A stretch of DNA of 64,000 bases. It comes from a virus. Lineage: Duplodnaviria > Caudoviricetes. Both the position numbers and the translations under genes were made by a program. Below the pieces are notes generated by a model. The model saw only the letters and a program-made list of their open reading frames with translations, ran no database searches and was not told where the DNA came from. The stretch lies in the IMG/VR virus record IMGVR_UViG_3300028840_002618, positions 291 to 64,290 of that record; one strand, given 5' to 3'. This document shows, piece after piece, positions 54,159 through 64,000 of this stretch; within the stretch, counting starts at the first letter, position 1; every line of letters begins with the position of its first letter.

Positions 54159-54974
54159 CTATGTGATCAAACGCATGGCGTCGATGTGCCACCGATACCA
54201 CGTTGCCGTGCTGTACTTTTGGATGACCAGGCCCACCCGCGTCGGCGTCCAGGCCAAGCCTGTGGGGTAGTTGTTCGGTACCCACAGCCGAGTATTGGAA
54301 TTGTGACTCATTCCCGATCCCAAAGTGGTCACGCCCCAGTTGGTGTATAGGGTTCCCTGGATTGAACTGTTGAACCAAACATGTGGAGGGAACGGTTGCT
54401 TTGTGCCTAGCCATTGCGTGACACCACCTCCACCCGTGCGAAAGGTGCGGAACCAGGAACGACCTGACTCGGTCGCACCCGCAACGGAAGTATCGTTCGT
54501 TATGATCCCACCCTCCACATAGTTGTTATCTGTGCCATCGTCTATGCGGTAGCCGAATGACAGGCCGCTAGTAAAATCGCTACCAAGACCATACATCGAT
54601 CCCAAGAGGGCCATCGTGGGGGTCGAACCGACTGCCCTATAGAAAAAGGCACGCTCCGCGACCGCGTTGGTCAGGCGCAAGTCCACCATAGACTCCTCGG
54701 TGAAGCCGATGTAGCCAGGGGTCACGAATGGTGCGCCAGCCCAGGATCCCCATGCTGGCATAGCGGTCTCATAGTCAAAGTGAGTCCCATAGATTCCATC
54801 CCACTTGTCCAAGGAAATGTTCGGCATTCCGTCAAGCCGGGTCTGTACGCCGCGATAATTGTCCAGCCCGTGCAGGTCGTTGTTCGGCTGGCACCATACA
54901 TCGTCTTTCTTGTGAAAAAAGGACGTCGTCCAGTCGTCTACTCTTGGATCGTTCAGTTGCCGCCTTTTGGTCAT
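54159..54974 (-). CDS. putative tail tip/receptor-binding protein
   Basis: beta-rich 271 aa after tail genes. Confidence 0.5.
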   Translation of the reverse strand: MTKRRQLNDPRVDDWTTSFFHKKDDVWCQPNNDLHGLDNYRGVQTRLDGMPNISLDKWDGIYGTHFDYETAMPAWGSWAGAPFVTPGYIGFTEESMVDLRLTNAVAERAFFYRAVGSTPTMALLGSMYGLGSDFTSGLSFGYRIDDGTDNNYVEGGIITNDTSVAGATESGRSWFRTFRTGGGGVTQWLGTKQPFPPHVWFNSSIQGTLYTNWGVTTLGSGMSHNSNTRLWVPNNYPTGLAWTPTRVGLVIQKYSTATWYRWHIDAMRLIT

Positions 54975-56156
54975 CTATCCCCTCACGTTCGCCAAGAATT
55001 GCGGGAGCTTGAACTGTTGCGCCCCGCTGATCGAGATGCCCCATGGATAGGTATAAGATACCTGCTCGATGAACACGAACCGGGGGTCTCGGCGTTGGTC
55101 GCTTGGTATCGACTGCCCTAAGAGATAGTCGGACAGAAAGACTATTCTGCCCGGCTCAATGTCCCAAGGGTAGACCTCCTGGGAGGTCCCATATCGGAGA
55201 ACACGCGGGACGCGTGCCCTGATCCGGTGCTCATAGTAGGGGGCAGTAGGAGCTTGTGCATAGTGCAGAGTCTGACTGTCCTTGACGCCCCACAGGTAAC
55301 GGTTCTGACTGGCATCGCCCAGCTTGACCAAGTTCTCGATCACAGTTAAGCCAGAGTGTCCCTTGTCATCGTACCGATGGGCAAGCATTGCGTTAGTGTC
55401 AATGTAGGCAGTAGACGTGCTGAACAGGCCGTTAGGATCAGCCGCCAGGACATAGCCCAACTTGGTAGATACGGTGACCGTTCCCGCGTTTGTGTCCTGA
55501 TAGTTGATCGCGTCGAACATGTGGGCATACCCCAGGATCGAGAGGGAGATCGACGCAGGAGCAGAGCTGTCCAGGCCAACCTGTTCGCTGTGCTGAGGCC
55601 AAGCGTTCTCATAGAGGTATAGGTCGCGGTAGTCGCTGGCGTGGTCGGTCACGCCATCGTCTAGGAGCTCAGATCCCGATATTGTCTGATCAAAGATACC
55701 ATAACGGTCCTGGGAGTCAGTATCCTGGGCTATCGTGGTCACTCTCTGCGGCCCGACGAGAGGAGGAGCGACCGTTGCGTCAAGGATGGGAGAATACTCG
55801 ACCTCAATCCTGTTGCCTATGTCCAGTAGTGGGCCTTGCCTGCCCGAAAACGTGCCACCGCTGGCATCCAGGGAGTTCACGAAACCCGCAAAGATCCGGT
55901 TGCGTCCAGGGCTAAAGGTCTCGACGTGTAGGCCCAAGCCGTTCAAGGTCCACCAATCAATGTAGGACACGGAGCCATTGAGCCGTATGCTAGCAGACCA
56001 CCACCATCCATCGGCCTGGATCGTATGGCTGTAGTCACCAGGGCCTATTCGCTGAATCAGTGTATCAGTGATCAGGGAGCCGCGGGGAGTGTAGGAGGTG
56101 CCGGCAACAATAGCAGGCTTCCACACATGGACGCAGATGTTATGTGCCGGGATCAT
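54975..56156 (-). CDS. putative tail hub/baseplate protein
   Basis: position; DTDSQDRYGI motif. Confidence 0.6.
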   Translation of the reverse strand: MIPAHNICVHVWKPAIVAGTSYTPRGSLITDTLIQRIGPGDYSHTIQADGWWWSASIRLNGSVSYIDWWTLNGLGLHVETFSPGRNRIFAGFVNSLDASGGTFSGRQGPLLDIGNRIEVEYSPILDATVAPPLVGPQRVTTIAQDTDSQDRYGIFDQTISGSELLDDGVTDHASDYRDLYLYENAWPQHSEQVGLDSSAPASISLSILGYAHMFDAINYQDTNAGTVTVSTKLGYVLAADPNGLFSTSTAYIDTNAMLAHRYDDKGHSGLTVIENLVKLGDASQNRYLWGVKDSQTLHYAQAPTAPYYEHRIRARVPRVLRYGTSQEVYPWDIEPGRIVFLSDYLLGQSIPSDQRRDPRFVFIEQVSYTYPWGISISGAQQFKLPQFLANVRG

Positions 56157-59100
56157 GTGTCCTCCCCTCGCATGGACCAGTAACGACTCACTTTTTCAGT
56201 CTGCACGATATGCATGATGTACGGATAGGCAACCTCGTTGCCGCTCAGATCAAGCCCCTCTGAAAAGAACCATAGCCGTTGAGTCTTGTGTGGTTGCAGA
56301 GCCAGTATTGTTGCGTTGGCAAGCATACGCCCGACCTGTAGATCGTTCTCGTCTCGCACGATCGCTAGGATCTCCTCTCGGGGGAATGATGCACTGTCCA
56401 ACTCTGCATAGTCGGGGGTCACAAACGAGTTGGCTCCCAACATGTCAAACAGAGCAGAACACTCGTCTACAGGCAAGATAAAAATATCGATCAGCTCAAG
56501 ATAGCTACCGCCCGTAACCCGCCCCGCTTGCCAGTAGATCGAGATCTGGTCAAAGACGGTATCGGGATTGCCTTCGCCTATAGTGATTGCTCCCAGGTCG
56601 ACCACGTTGAACTTGACACTGTTCCCGTGGGACACTGTATCGCCATAGATGATCTGACCGCTGCTCCCATTCTTGACTGCGAGACGACTCTCCCAGGTTC
56701 CACCGTTTGACGATGCGAACCGCGCATAGGCGTGGAATTGACCGTGAAACTGTGGGCCAAGCACCTCGTCCAGTTGGATCGTCAAGCGGGTCGCCACAGC
56801 CTCTGGGGTTGCAATAGGAATATATCGGCATTCGGACTTTGGCGCGTTCGGATCGCCGCTGCCGCCCGTGTTGAGTGCTGCATTGGTACCTGCTGTATTG
56901 GTCTGGCCCGATGGTAACTCTTGAGAACCACAGAGCAGATAGGCGGTAAAATCCTCTCCGCGATCAAGCTCCCGTACGCCAACATAGAGCTTGGCAGTAC
57001 TGCCCTGGGACTGATAGTCTAGATCAGACTGATTGATCATGTCCACTTTGAGCAGTAGGGCTTCGTCCCCGTCCAGCTCGTCGGTGTCTATCGTGACATA
57101 GGGCCATGTCACTGTGTAGGGCGTGCCGTTGACTATGGGGATCGTCTCTGTGCCTGTAGGCGCAGAAACGTCATAGGCCATCCAGTAGCCAGAGATCCCG
57201 TTGACCGTCTCGGGGGTAGCAAAAGCATTGCCCGTCCACACTAGAGCATTGATCCCGGCAACAGACAGGGCCACCTTGCTTGCAGCCAGTCCTGTCTTGT
57301 CTCCTGCCACAGTATTGTCTCTATGGCGAGCATTGCCGTAGATCGTTGTGGCGCTACCGCCTGTTCGCAGTACGAGCGCAACGAGAGAGAGTGATCCCAG
57401 CGTATCCACATCCCACACGATGTTACCCATTCTCTGCGCGGCAGGGTGACCGTCCGCGATTCCGATCACAACTCTGTCCCCACTGGCAGGTGGGTCAGGG
57501 AATAGCTTGATCTGTCCCTCTGTTCCTATCAGATTGTTACCCCAGACATACACTCCACCACCAGAATAGTCACCGATGAACATATGAGTAAACTGGCGAC
57601 GGACATGACTATTGATCACATAGTTGATTGCCTCGCAAGTCTCACTTGCCTCCGCTGGCAGGGTCGCTCCAAGGGATGCCGCACAGGAGACCCGTTGCTC
57701 CACAGGGCAAGAGCTTCCCCATTCACCATCTGAGACAATGCCGTGATTCTGGTTCAAGGTGTAGTCAACCGCTACCTCGCCGTGGTCGTCAAAGATGGTA
57801 AGCAGTTCACAGTCCCCACGTTGCAGGTCCCACCACGGTGTACAACGGTCGGGAGGGGTGAACGTGCCTGTGTAGAGCACGGAGGAGCAGACGCGAGTCC
57901 AGCCGATGTCACCGTCAAAAGTACGACCTCCCGCTAGTCGGTCCGCGATGGTAAGGTCATTACCTACATCTGTGACGATCGCCCCGTTCCTGTTTGACGT
58001 ACCGTTCGTATGCTCCACTCCGTCAACCCATAGACGGGGAGTCGTGTACGAGCTGTCATCCCAAGTGAACGCCACATGATGCCACGTACCATCCATTGGC
58101 GTGTTCGCCAGTCCGGTGTTGGCTGTACCGTTGGCTACCGCACAAGCAATGTTCGCATACATCCCCAAAGTTGCATCAAGGGAGAGTACCCAATCCGTCT
58201 TTTCTATGATCCTTCCAAGATTGCCACCCCCGTAAGAGTCTGCCTTGATCCACGCCTCCACGGTCATTGCTGCGTCATGGAGGTCTTGCAGGTTGGTCGG
58301 GTCGCCATAGTTAACGATGGTCAATGCACCATCGCAGATCACATAGGCATTCTTGATGATCTGCACGTCCACGCTCTCGATGTCCCCACAGCACTCCTTG
58401 CCCCAGTTCAGAGCCGATAGGTCGGCGTGGTTGTCGTTCCCGCTTTGATCGTACACCTTGACACCCGCGCCCTCCTGGATGCCGAGCCATACCGTGTTCC
58501 CATCCACGGTGGGCAGGGTGCATTGTTCTGGTAGGTTGGCTGAGAAGTCGCTTGTCCAGCGCACCGTGTCTGAGACACGGAACCACCCAATGTCACCATC
58601 GAACGTCCGCGCACCCGCGGACCTATTGCCTATAGCCATGTTTTGGCCTACGTCTGAAACGATAGCTCCATTTCGATTCTGTGTACTGGCATATGTCGAT
58701 TCGACGCCGTCGATCCAGATACGTGGATAATTGTATGTGGCATCGTCCCAGGTCATGGCCAGATGATGCCACTCGTTGTCCACAATGGACACATTTCCAA
58801 TAGCCTCGGCGTCGGTCACGGCGCATTGAACAAGAGCCTGCAATCCCCCATCCACCATAGTGAAGTACCAGCCTTGCGATGATCCCTTTCTGATGATATG
58901 TCCTACATCAGCACGACCCAAACCTTTAGCTCGGACCCATCCATCAAGAGTCATTGCATTGTCGGCAAGGTCTTGGATCGCTGCGTCATCTGTGATCACC
59001 GCATTGGCTTCTTCAGTGATATACTCGAGATGTCCGATCCCCTCGTCCCCGATCTGCCCTGCCAGGGTCTGACAGTCACAGTCGAACGTGCCGCTGGTCA

Positions 59101-60298
59101 GGGTCCCATCAATGGTGCCAGGGTTCTGCTGGTTCTCGATGTTTGTTCCGGAGCATTCCGCGCCGATCCACTGCCCGACCACGTTCCCGTCGTCCTCTGG
59201 GAGTCGGCACTGTTCGGGAGGGGTGAAGTCCCGGTCATAGCGCAAGATGTCTGAGATACGGAGCCAGCCGATGCCGCCATCAAAAGCTTGGGTTCCACCT
59301 GAAAGATCACCTATAGTAAGCGGATTGCCCACGTCGCTCAGGATCGCTCCGTTGCGTTGGGTAGCAGTCCTGTAATCCACCTCTTTGCCGTTCACCCATA
59401 GACGCGGGCCACCCAATCCCCACGTATCGTCCCAGGTCATGGCAACATGCGCCCATTCGCCATAAGACAGAGTGCCTGTCCTTGCCTCAAAGGTCGCGTT
59501 TTGCACGGCGCACCGAACTTGTCCACTCAGACTTCCGTTTGCCCGCATACGAAAGTTCCAGCCAACCCCTCCACCCTTGCGGACAATCACACCAGCATCA
59601 CCCTCCCCCGCATTGTCTGGTCGGATCCATGCCTCCACAGTGAAGGCGTTGTCAGCGAGGTCTTGGATTACAGCATTGTCGGGCACGGTGAGGATCGTTG
59701 CCGCACCATCAAACTCCACATGGCAGGGGTAGCAGTATTCATCCGACGCATAGGCAGGCAGGCACTCAGTTTCGCCAGGGGAAACATCACGCCAGAGGGG
59801 TTCACGGATCAGAGTCATGGGCCAGTCGGCAAAAGCTACCGTGTCGAACTCTGGGGCGGTTGGGTCATGAAAAGGATCATCGTCAACGGGAGTGCTACCA
59901 GCCATCACCATTGAATAGCCGGGCTGGGATTCACAGATCCCTTGACGGACGATCCAGACCGGGTCGGCCTGGTAGTCGGTCATCCAGTAACGTTTCGCTT
60001 CTCTGAGGAGGTAGCGGAGGTTCTGGGCCATCTGGAACAGATCATCGTTGGTCCAGGCCGTGACGTGGAATGTCATGGACTCCTCGACGTTCTCCAGTGC
60101 CTCTGTGCGGGGTTCGGAACCATCTGCCAGGGCAGAGTCCGACCACACGCTGGAGGCTTTTGGCTGGCTGATCGAGGGCTCCCAGGTCAGGAGATGAAAG
60201 CCTGTTTGCATGGAGAGGGAGAGGAGATCAACGTCAATCATGCCGTTGGTGATTCTGAACTCAGAAAACATCTTGTTGTATGGAGTGGGATCGCTCAT
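56153..60298 (-). CDS. distal tail protein with three LamG/concanavalin A-like domains
   Basis: three repeats IQDL.D.A.TV(E/D)(A/G)W...WHH(V/L)A.TWDD...FDG.IGW.R.S; directly after TMP. Confidence 0.8.
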   Translation of the reverse strand: MSDPTPYNKMFSEFRITNGMIDVDLLSLSMQTGFHLLTWEPSISQPKASSVWSDSALADGSEPRTEALENVEESMTFHVTAWTNDDLFQMAQNLRYLLREAKRYWMTDYQADPVWIVRQGICESQPGYSMVMAGSTPVDDDPFHDPTAPEFDTVAFADWPMTLIREPLWRDVSPGETECLPAYASDEYCYPCHVEFDGAATILTVPDNAVIQDLADNAFTVEAWIRPDNAGEGDAGVIVRKGGGVGWNFRMRANGSLSGQVRCAVQNATFEARTGTLSYGEWAHVAMTWDDTWGLGGPRLWVNGKEVDYRTATQRNGAILSDVGNPLTIGDLSGGTQAFDGGIGWLRISDILRYDRDFTPPEQCRLPEDDGNVVGQWIGAECSGTNIENQQNPGTIDGTLTSGTFDCDCQTLAGQIGDEGIGHLEYITEEANAVITDDAAIQDLADNAMTLDGWVRAKGLGRADVGHIIRKGSSQGWYFTMVDGGLQALVQCAVTDAEAIGNVSIVDNEWHHLAMTWDDATYNYPRIWIDGVESTYASTQNRNGAIVSDVGQNMAIGNRSAGARTFDGDIGWFRVSDTVRWTSDFSANLPEQCTLPTVDGNTVWLGIQEGAGVKVYDQSGNDNHADLSALNWGKECCGDIESVDVQIIKNAYVICDGALTIVNYGDPTNLQDLHDAAMTVEAWIKADSYGGGNLGRIIEKTDWVLSLDATLGMYANIACAVANGTANTGLANTPMDGTWHHVAFTWDDSSYTTPRLWVDGVEHTNGTSNRNGAIVTDVGNDLTIADRLAGGRTFDGDIGWTRVCSSVLYTGTFTPPDRCTPWWDLQRGDCELLTIFDDHGEVAVDYTLNQNHGIVSDGEWGSSCPVEQRVSCAASLGATLPAEASETCEAINYVINSHVRRQFTHMFIGDYSGGGVYVWGNNLIGTEGQIKLFPDPPASGDRVVIGIADGHPAAQRMGNIVWDVDTLGSLSLVALVLRTGGSATTIYGNARHRDNTVAGDKTGLAASKVALSVAGINALVWTGNAFATPETVNGISGYWMAYDVSAPTGTETIPIVNGTPYTVTWPYVTIDTDELDGDEALLLKVDMINQSDLDYQSQGSTAKLYVGVRELDRGEDFTAYLLCGSQELPSGQTNTAGTNAALNTGGSGDPNAPKSECRYIPIATPEAVATRLTIQLDEVLGPQFHGQFHAYARFASSNGGTWESRLAVKNGSSGQIIYGDTVSHGNSVKFNVVDLGAITIGEGNPDTVFDQISIYWQAGRVTGGSYLELIDIFILPVDECSALFDMLGANSFVTPDYAELDSASFPREEILAIVRDENDLQVGRMLANATILALQPHKTQRLWFFSEGLDLSGNEVAYPYIMHIVQTEKVSRYWSMRGEDT

Positions 60299-60299
60299 T

Positions 60300-63020
60300 C
60301 TATCGCCTCTCGATTGCGTTGCGGACAGTTCGCTCGAGTTGAGCGTTGAACCGCCGCATGTCGTCCTGTGTACCGATGTTCACGTTGCCCGAGAAGACAA
60401 TGCTGATCGGGCTGCCGTTGTTGGTCGTCACGGAGGACGAAACTGGAGCCATTGCCGGCATCATTGTATGTTGTAGTGATCCCTGGAGTTGGGGGATCGA
60501 TAGGTTGCTCATTTTACCTAGTTCAGAGTTGATCTGCTGTAGGCCCAAGGCAAAGGGAGCAGGAGATTCCGCGATGCCCCATCCAAGCGCTTCTCGGATC
60601 TTGTCGAACGGTTGCCTGGCAAGTTCTGCCACCTTGGCTATAAAGTTTCCGAGCTTGGTCGTGATGTCGGCTATACCGGTCGCAAGTCTCTCTATGATGT
60701 TTGTGGTAAAATCCTTGATCGCCTTTGCTGCATCGGACTCGAGGAGGGTTCCATACTGGTCTTTTAGATAGTCCCACACGGCGGTCAGCGCGCCAAGGAC
60801 ACCACCGTCCTCTTGGCCTGAGAGGATGCCCCAGATCTTGTCCCAGGCTTCCCAGAAATTTCCTGTTAGATCAGTTACCAGTTCAGGTATGGAGGTCTTG
60901 AGGTCTTGGATCAGATCCTCGATATCCTGGAGAACTGGAAACTTCTTTTTGAGATCGTCCCAGACATTCCCGACCTTGTCCTTGAACTTGGTCCACGCTT
61001 CCCCGATGCCGCCCACCTTTTCAACGATTCGATCCCAGGCCTCGCCCAGAGGGGCAAAGATCTCTTTGAACTTTTCCTTGAGCTGGCCTTTCATTTTCTC
61101 GATGGCGTCACCGAATCTGGTCCCGAGTGCGCCAGTCAGTCCAGATACCTCTGGAACAACCGCCGCTGCAGGACCTCCTTTGCCTTTGACCCCCTTGTCA
61201 CGTTCCTTGTTCTCGACTTGTAGGGCGTCATTGACCGAGAGGAGTTCATCTACCAACTTCTTTTGCAGACTGGCTTCGGTCTGGAGGTCGGAGATCTTGA
61301 GCTTGTCTGCTGCTACTGATTCCTCCTGGAGGGCTAGTTGATCCTGGGTTAGTTTCATCGCTTCCTCTGCCGCGTTGATCTGCTTGAGTTGGGCAGCCAG
61401 GATCTCAGGGGACGCGCCTTCTCGGAGAAGCCGGTTATACTCGACGGTCTCCTTGTTGACATCGCCTTGTTGGGCCAGCATCTTTTCTCGGGATCGTGCC
61501 AGGGATTCCTCTGCCTCCTGGACACGTTGGGTAGTGTCGGCCAACTCGAACTGGATCGATACCATCTTGTTGATCGCGTCTGAGAAAACTCCCGCAGACT
61601 TGTTGATCACCTGTTCTATCGTTCCACGGTCCCCACCGGCGAGAGCACCCGCGATGGTCTTGGAAACGTTGGCAAGGTCAGACTTTTCTAGGATCTTGCC
61701 GAGGGGGCCTTGGATGTCTTTCAGGATGCCGAAGTCTGCCTCGGTCATACCCTCAAGATACATCTCCATAGTATGAATTCCCCATCCCTTGATACCAGGG
61801 GCTATTTTGGGAGGAGAGGCACCTAAGAGCCATTGTTCCAAGATGTTCCCTATAAAGTTCAGTCCTTGGATCAGGACGGTAGAGGCGGCATCTACCATCC
61901 CCTCCGCAAAACTGGCGACCAGTTCAACGCCCCACTTGAGAGCGTTGTCAATGGTAGAGGCAATAGAATCTCCCATGTCCCCACCCAGTTTCTCTAGGAC
62001 AATGGCGATGAACTCACCAAATGCAGCCCATCCCTCCATGCTCATGTCAAGCATTGCCCCGATGGCGATCAAGATCTTGTTTAGACCGCCACCCTCTGCT
62101 ATGGCAGCGGAGAAAGCACCGGTAACTCGGTTGAGCGTTTTCATGAAGGTCAAAAAGGCAGGGAGGAGAGCCTCACCCAACGTGTCCTTGATATTCTGGA
62201 GATGGGCGCCGAACATAGCCATCTGTGCAGAGGAGGTATCTGCGACACTGGGCATCGCCCCAAACTTCTGCTCTAGTTTCTCCAGGGTCAAGGCTTGCAA
62301 GGCGGTCTGGATCTGGACCTTGCTCAGAGCGTCGGCCTGGATGCCGTACATTTCTGTTGCCCGTTGGGTTGCTTCGGCCTGAGAAACTTGGATCTTGAGG
62401 TTGTCAAGGATCGCGGCACTGGTGCGACCGATGCCGCGAACGTAGGAGTCCATCAGGTAGCCGATGTCCTCACCTGTGCCGGCAGCGACCTTGCCAAAGA
62501 GCTCTAGGGCTTCGGGCATCGACTGAGCGAACTGATCTGAGACCAGGGCCGAGGCATCATTAAACGATTTGAGGAGATCACGGACAGGGATCATACCGGA
62601 TGATCCCTCCTGGAGTGCTCGGAGCATTCCAGAGGTCCCACCCTCTATATTGGAGGTCAAGGTTGCAAACTGGGTAGAAAGGCCCTCTAGTGGTGCCGCA
62701 GACATGGGGAGATCGACAACGGCTTTGACGACCTTGCCAATGATCCCTAGTATCTTCTCAGTGACTGCCATTGCGCCAGCAACACCGCTTGCCATCGTCG
62801 CCCAGCCGGTCTTGGATTGCTTGGCAGCACCCCCGGCCTTTTCAGTCGCATCACTCAGGGCTTCCTGGGTTATGGTCAGTTTTTTGGCTTGGCCCTCTGC
62901 ATCCTTGAAGGATGCAGAGACACTATCCCAGGCCACGCCTGACTTTTCCATGTTCTGGATGAACTTGGACGCGCCCTTGACAACCAGAGCTACGCCATCT
63001 TGAGGCAGTTGCTGGCTCAT
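60300..63020 (-). CDS. tape measure protein
   Basis: 906 aa, Ala/Gly-rich helical, AILDNLKI motif, periodic Trp repeats. Confidence 0.88.
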   Translation of the reverse strand: MSQQLPQDGVALVVKGASKFIQNMEKSGVAWDSVSASFKDAEGQAKKLTITQEALSDATEKAGGAAKQSKTGWATMASGVAGAMAVTEKILGIIGKVVKAVVDLPMSAAPLEGLSTQFATLTSNIEGGTSGMLRALQEGSSGMIPVRDLLKSFNDASALVSDQFAQSMPEALELFGKVAAGTGEDIGYLMDSYVRGIGRTSAAILDNLKIQVSQAEATQRATEMYGIQADALSKVQIQTALQALTLEKLEQKFGAMPSVADTSSAQMAMFGAHLQNIKDTLGEALLPAFLTFMKTLNRVTGAFSAAIAEGGGLNKILIAIGAMLDMSMEGWAAFGEFIAIVLEKLGGDMGDSIASTIDNALKWGVELVASFAEGMVDAASTVLIQGLNFIGNILEQWLLGASPPKIAPGIKGWGIHTMEMYLEGMTEADFGILKDIQGPLGKILEKSDLANVSKTIAGALAGGDRGTIEQVINKSAGVFSDAINKMVSIQFELADTTQRVQEAEESLARSREKMLAQQGDVNKETVEYNRLLREGASPEILAAQLKQINAAEEAMKLTQDQLALQEESVAADKLKISDLQTEASLQKKLVDELLSVNDALQVENKERDKGVKGKGGPAAAVVPEVSGLTGALGTRFGDAIEKMKGQLKEKFKEIFAPLGEAWDRIVEKVGGIGEAWTKFKDKVGNVWDDLKKKFPVLQDIEDLIQDLKTSIPELVTDLTGNFWEAWDKIWGILSGQEDGGVLGALTAVWDYLKDQYGTLLESDAAKAIKDFTTNIIERLATGIADITTKLGNFIAKVAELARQPFDKIREALGWGIAESPAPFALGLQQINSELGKMSNLSIPQLQGSLQHTMMPAMAPVSSSVTTNNGSPISIVFSGNVNIGTQDDMRRFNAQLERTVRNAIERR

Positions 63021-63021
63021 A

Positions 63022-63277
63022 TCAGATCCTCGACAGGTTCTCCTCCCAGGCCCTCATAGTGTCTACCGCCCGGGCTCTGGCTAGGAGCACGGTACGCTGA
63101 TCTGGATCGATGTCCTCCCAGTCTTTCAGGAGGTCCATGCCGATGATGGTATCCAACTCATTCCACCAAGAGGAGGTCCACCAGCCCTTACGTCGACGCC
63201 GGTTTCTCGCTCGGAGTCGTCTCCTGATTGTTTTCAGGGTCAGCCCGTTCGGCCCTCCCCAGCGGATCTGGAAAAAG
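63022..63277 (-). CDS. frameshift-extension (GT-like) segment of tail assembly chaperone
   Basis: +1 frame open from CTT-TTT-C (63277-63271) to TGA next to TMP start; no RBS-linked start. Confidence 0.55.
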
Positions 63278-63829
63278 CTCCTCGATAGAGTCCAACTGAT
63301 CCTCTGTCATGCCCGATGCTCGGGCGATGCCAGCCATGATCTTGGCTCCATCGAGTTCCACCTTGACGACTTCTGAGGCAAAATAATAGAGTCTGAGGTC
63401 CCGGGGGTCTTTGGGAGCTGGAATACCATAGTAATCTCTCTGCTCCTCTGCCCAGGCGTCCAGATCAAAGGGGTCTGCGAACTCTGTTGCCTTCAAGGAC
63501 ATGACCCTCGTTCGCATTAGTTCCTTCTGCCCCCTGATCTGCATGACTTCGGAGTCGTACTCTGCCATCTGATCCAAGTATTCTGCCCAGAGGGCTTTGT
63601 CCTCGTCGGGGGTCTTTGGATCGTCAATGGCTTCCTGGGTATAGGGGATCTCAAACTCATCCTTATCAGCATCAATCATGGTGTAGGTCGGTGCGTCGGG
63701 CTTGTCTGGAAAAGAGAGAGCCGACCCTGCCATAATGACCTCGTTCCAGTAGGGTAGGCACTTGAGTCGTACGCCGGTGGATACGGTCACGATGACCGAA
63801 CCATCCTCGATGGTGTAGAATTTGCTCAC
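63188..63829 (-). CDS. tail assembly chaperone (G-like)
   Basis: GTG after AAAGGGAGG; acidic; upstream of TMP. Confidence 0.65.
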   Translation of the reverse strand: MSKFYTIEDGSVIVTVSTGVRLKCLPYWNEVIMAGSALSFPDKPDAPTYTMIDADKDEFEIPYTQEAIDDPKTPDEDKALWAEYLDQMAEYDSEVMQIRGQKELMRTRVMSLKATEFADPFDLDAWAEEQRDYYGIPAPKDPRDLRLYYFASEVVKVELDGAKIMAGIARASGMTEDQLDSIEELFPDPLGRAERADPENNQETTPSEKPAST

Positions 63830-63933
63830 GTCAATTCCTCCCTTTATACTCCGCAATGCGGAGTTGGCAACGACTGGGGTTGGGTCAGTGGGAGGGGTTA
63901 TACCGACCTTCCCCCCAGTCGATTGCACCGAGT

Positions 63934-64000
63934 CTAGAAGCTTGTCCATCCTGCCGGCATCAGGGACCAGACCTGGCTGTACGTGTCTGTTGCCAGGGCC
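63934..64000 (-). CDS. 3' end of an upstream gene (probably the tail tube gene begun at 1368)
   Basis: ...ALATDTYSQVWSLMPAGWTSF*; gene order tube-chaperone-TMP. Confidence 0.45.
   Translation of the reverse strand, partial: ALATDTYSQVWSLMPAGWTSF

Noticed and set aside
1-64000. Genome-wide stop-codon reassignment
   Set aside because: Genes are intact in the standard code and many end in TGA; only one in-frame TGA was found.

Overview
The window looks like a nearly complete, circularly permuted genome of a tailed (siphovirus-like) dsDNA phage of about 64 kb. The tail-tube-like gene runs off the left edge and a plausible C-terminus re-enters at the right edge. The minus strand carries the late genes: a ParB-N/two glycosyltransferase/UDP-galactopyranose mutase cluster, terminase, portal, head and neck genes (1-21.2 kb), then tail chaperone, tape measure, LamG tail protein, glycoside-hydrolase lysin, a membrane-anchored receiver protein and holin (51.5-64 kb). 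It also carries a ParM/ParR-like partition cassette (30-34.2 kb). The plus strand carries cassettes of small early genes plus DNA-metabolism genes (GIY-YIG, DinG, PAPS-reductase family, adenine MTases, ERCC4, AAA_24, UvrD). I recognise no integrase, CI-type repressor, polymerase or primase, which suggests a plasmid-like prophage. A Chloroflexota-type host is my impression only. Most notable: (1) seven sigma70 promoters share the +1 leader GACA(G/A)TGAGTTGA, and a ~140-nt hairpin RNA at 35.15-35.30 kb carries its antisense plus an anti-Shine-Dalgarno, suggesting RNA-based master repression or immunity. (2) A neck-region gene has an in-frame UGA followed by a bacterial SECIS-like hairpin, making it a candidate phage virion selenoprotein. 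(3) There are several promoter-short RNA-terminator units. (4) There is a furanose glycosylation cluster next to terminase. (5) There are duplicated GATC-rich palindromes. All product calls come from motifs recognised by eye; no searches were run.
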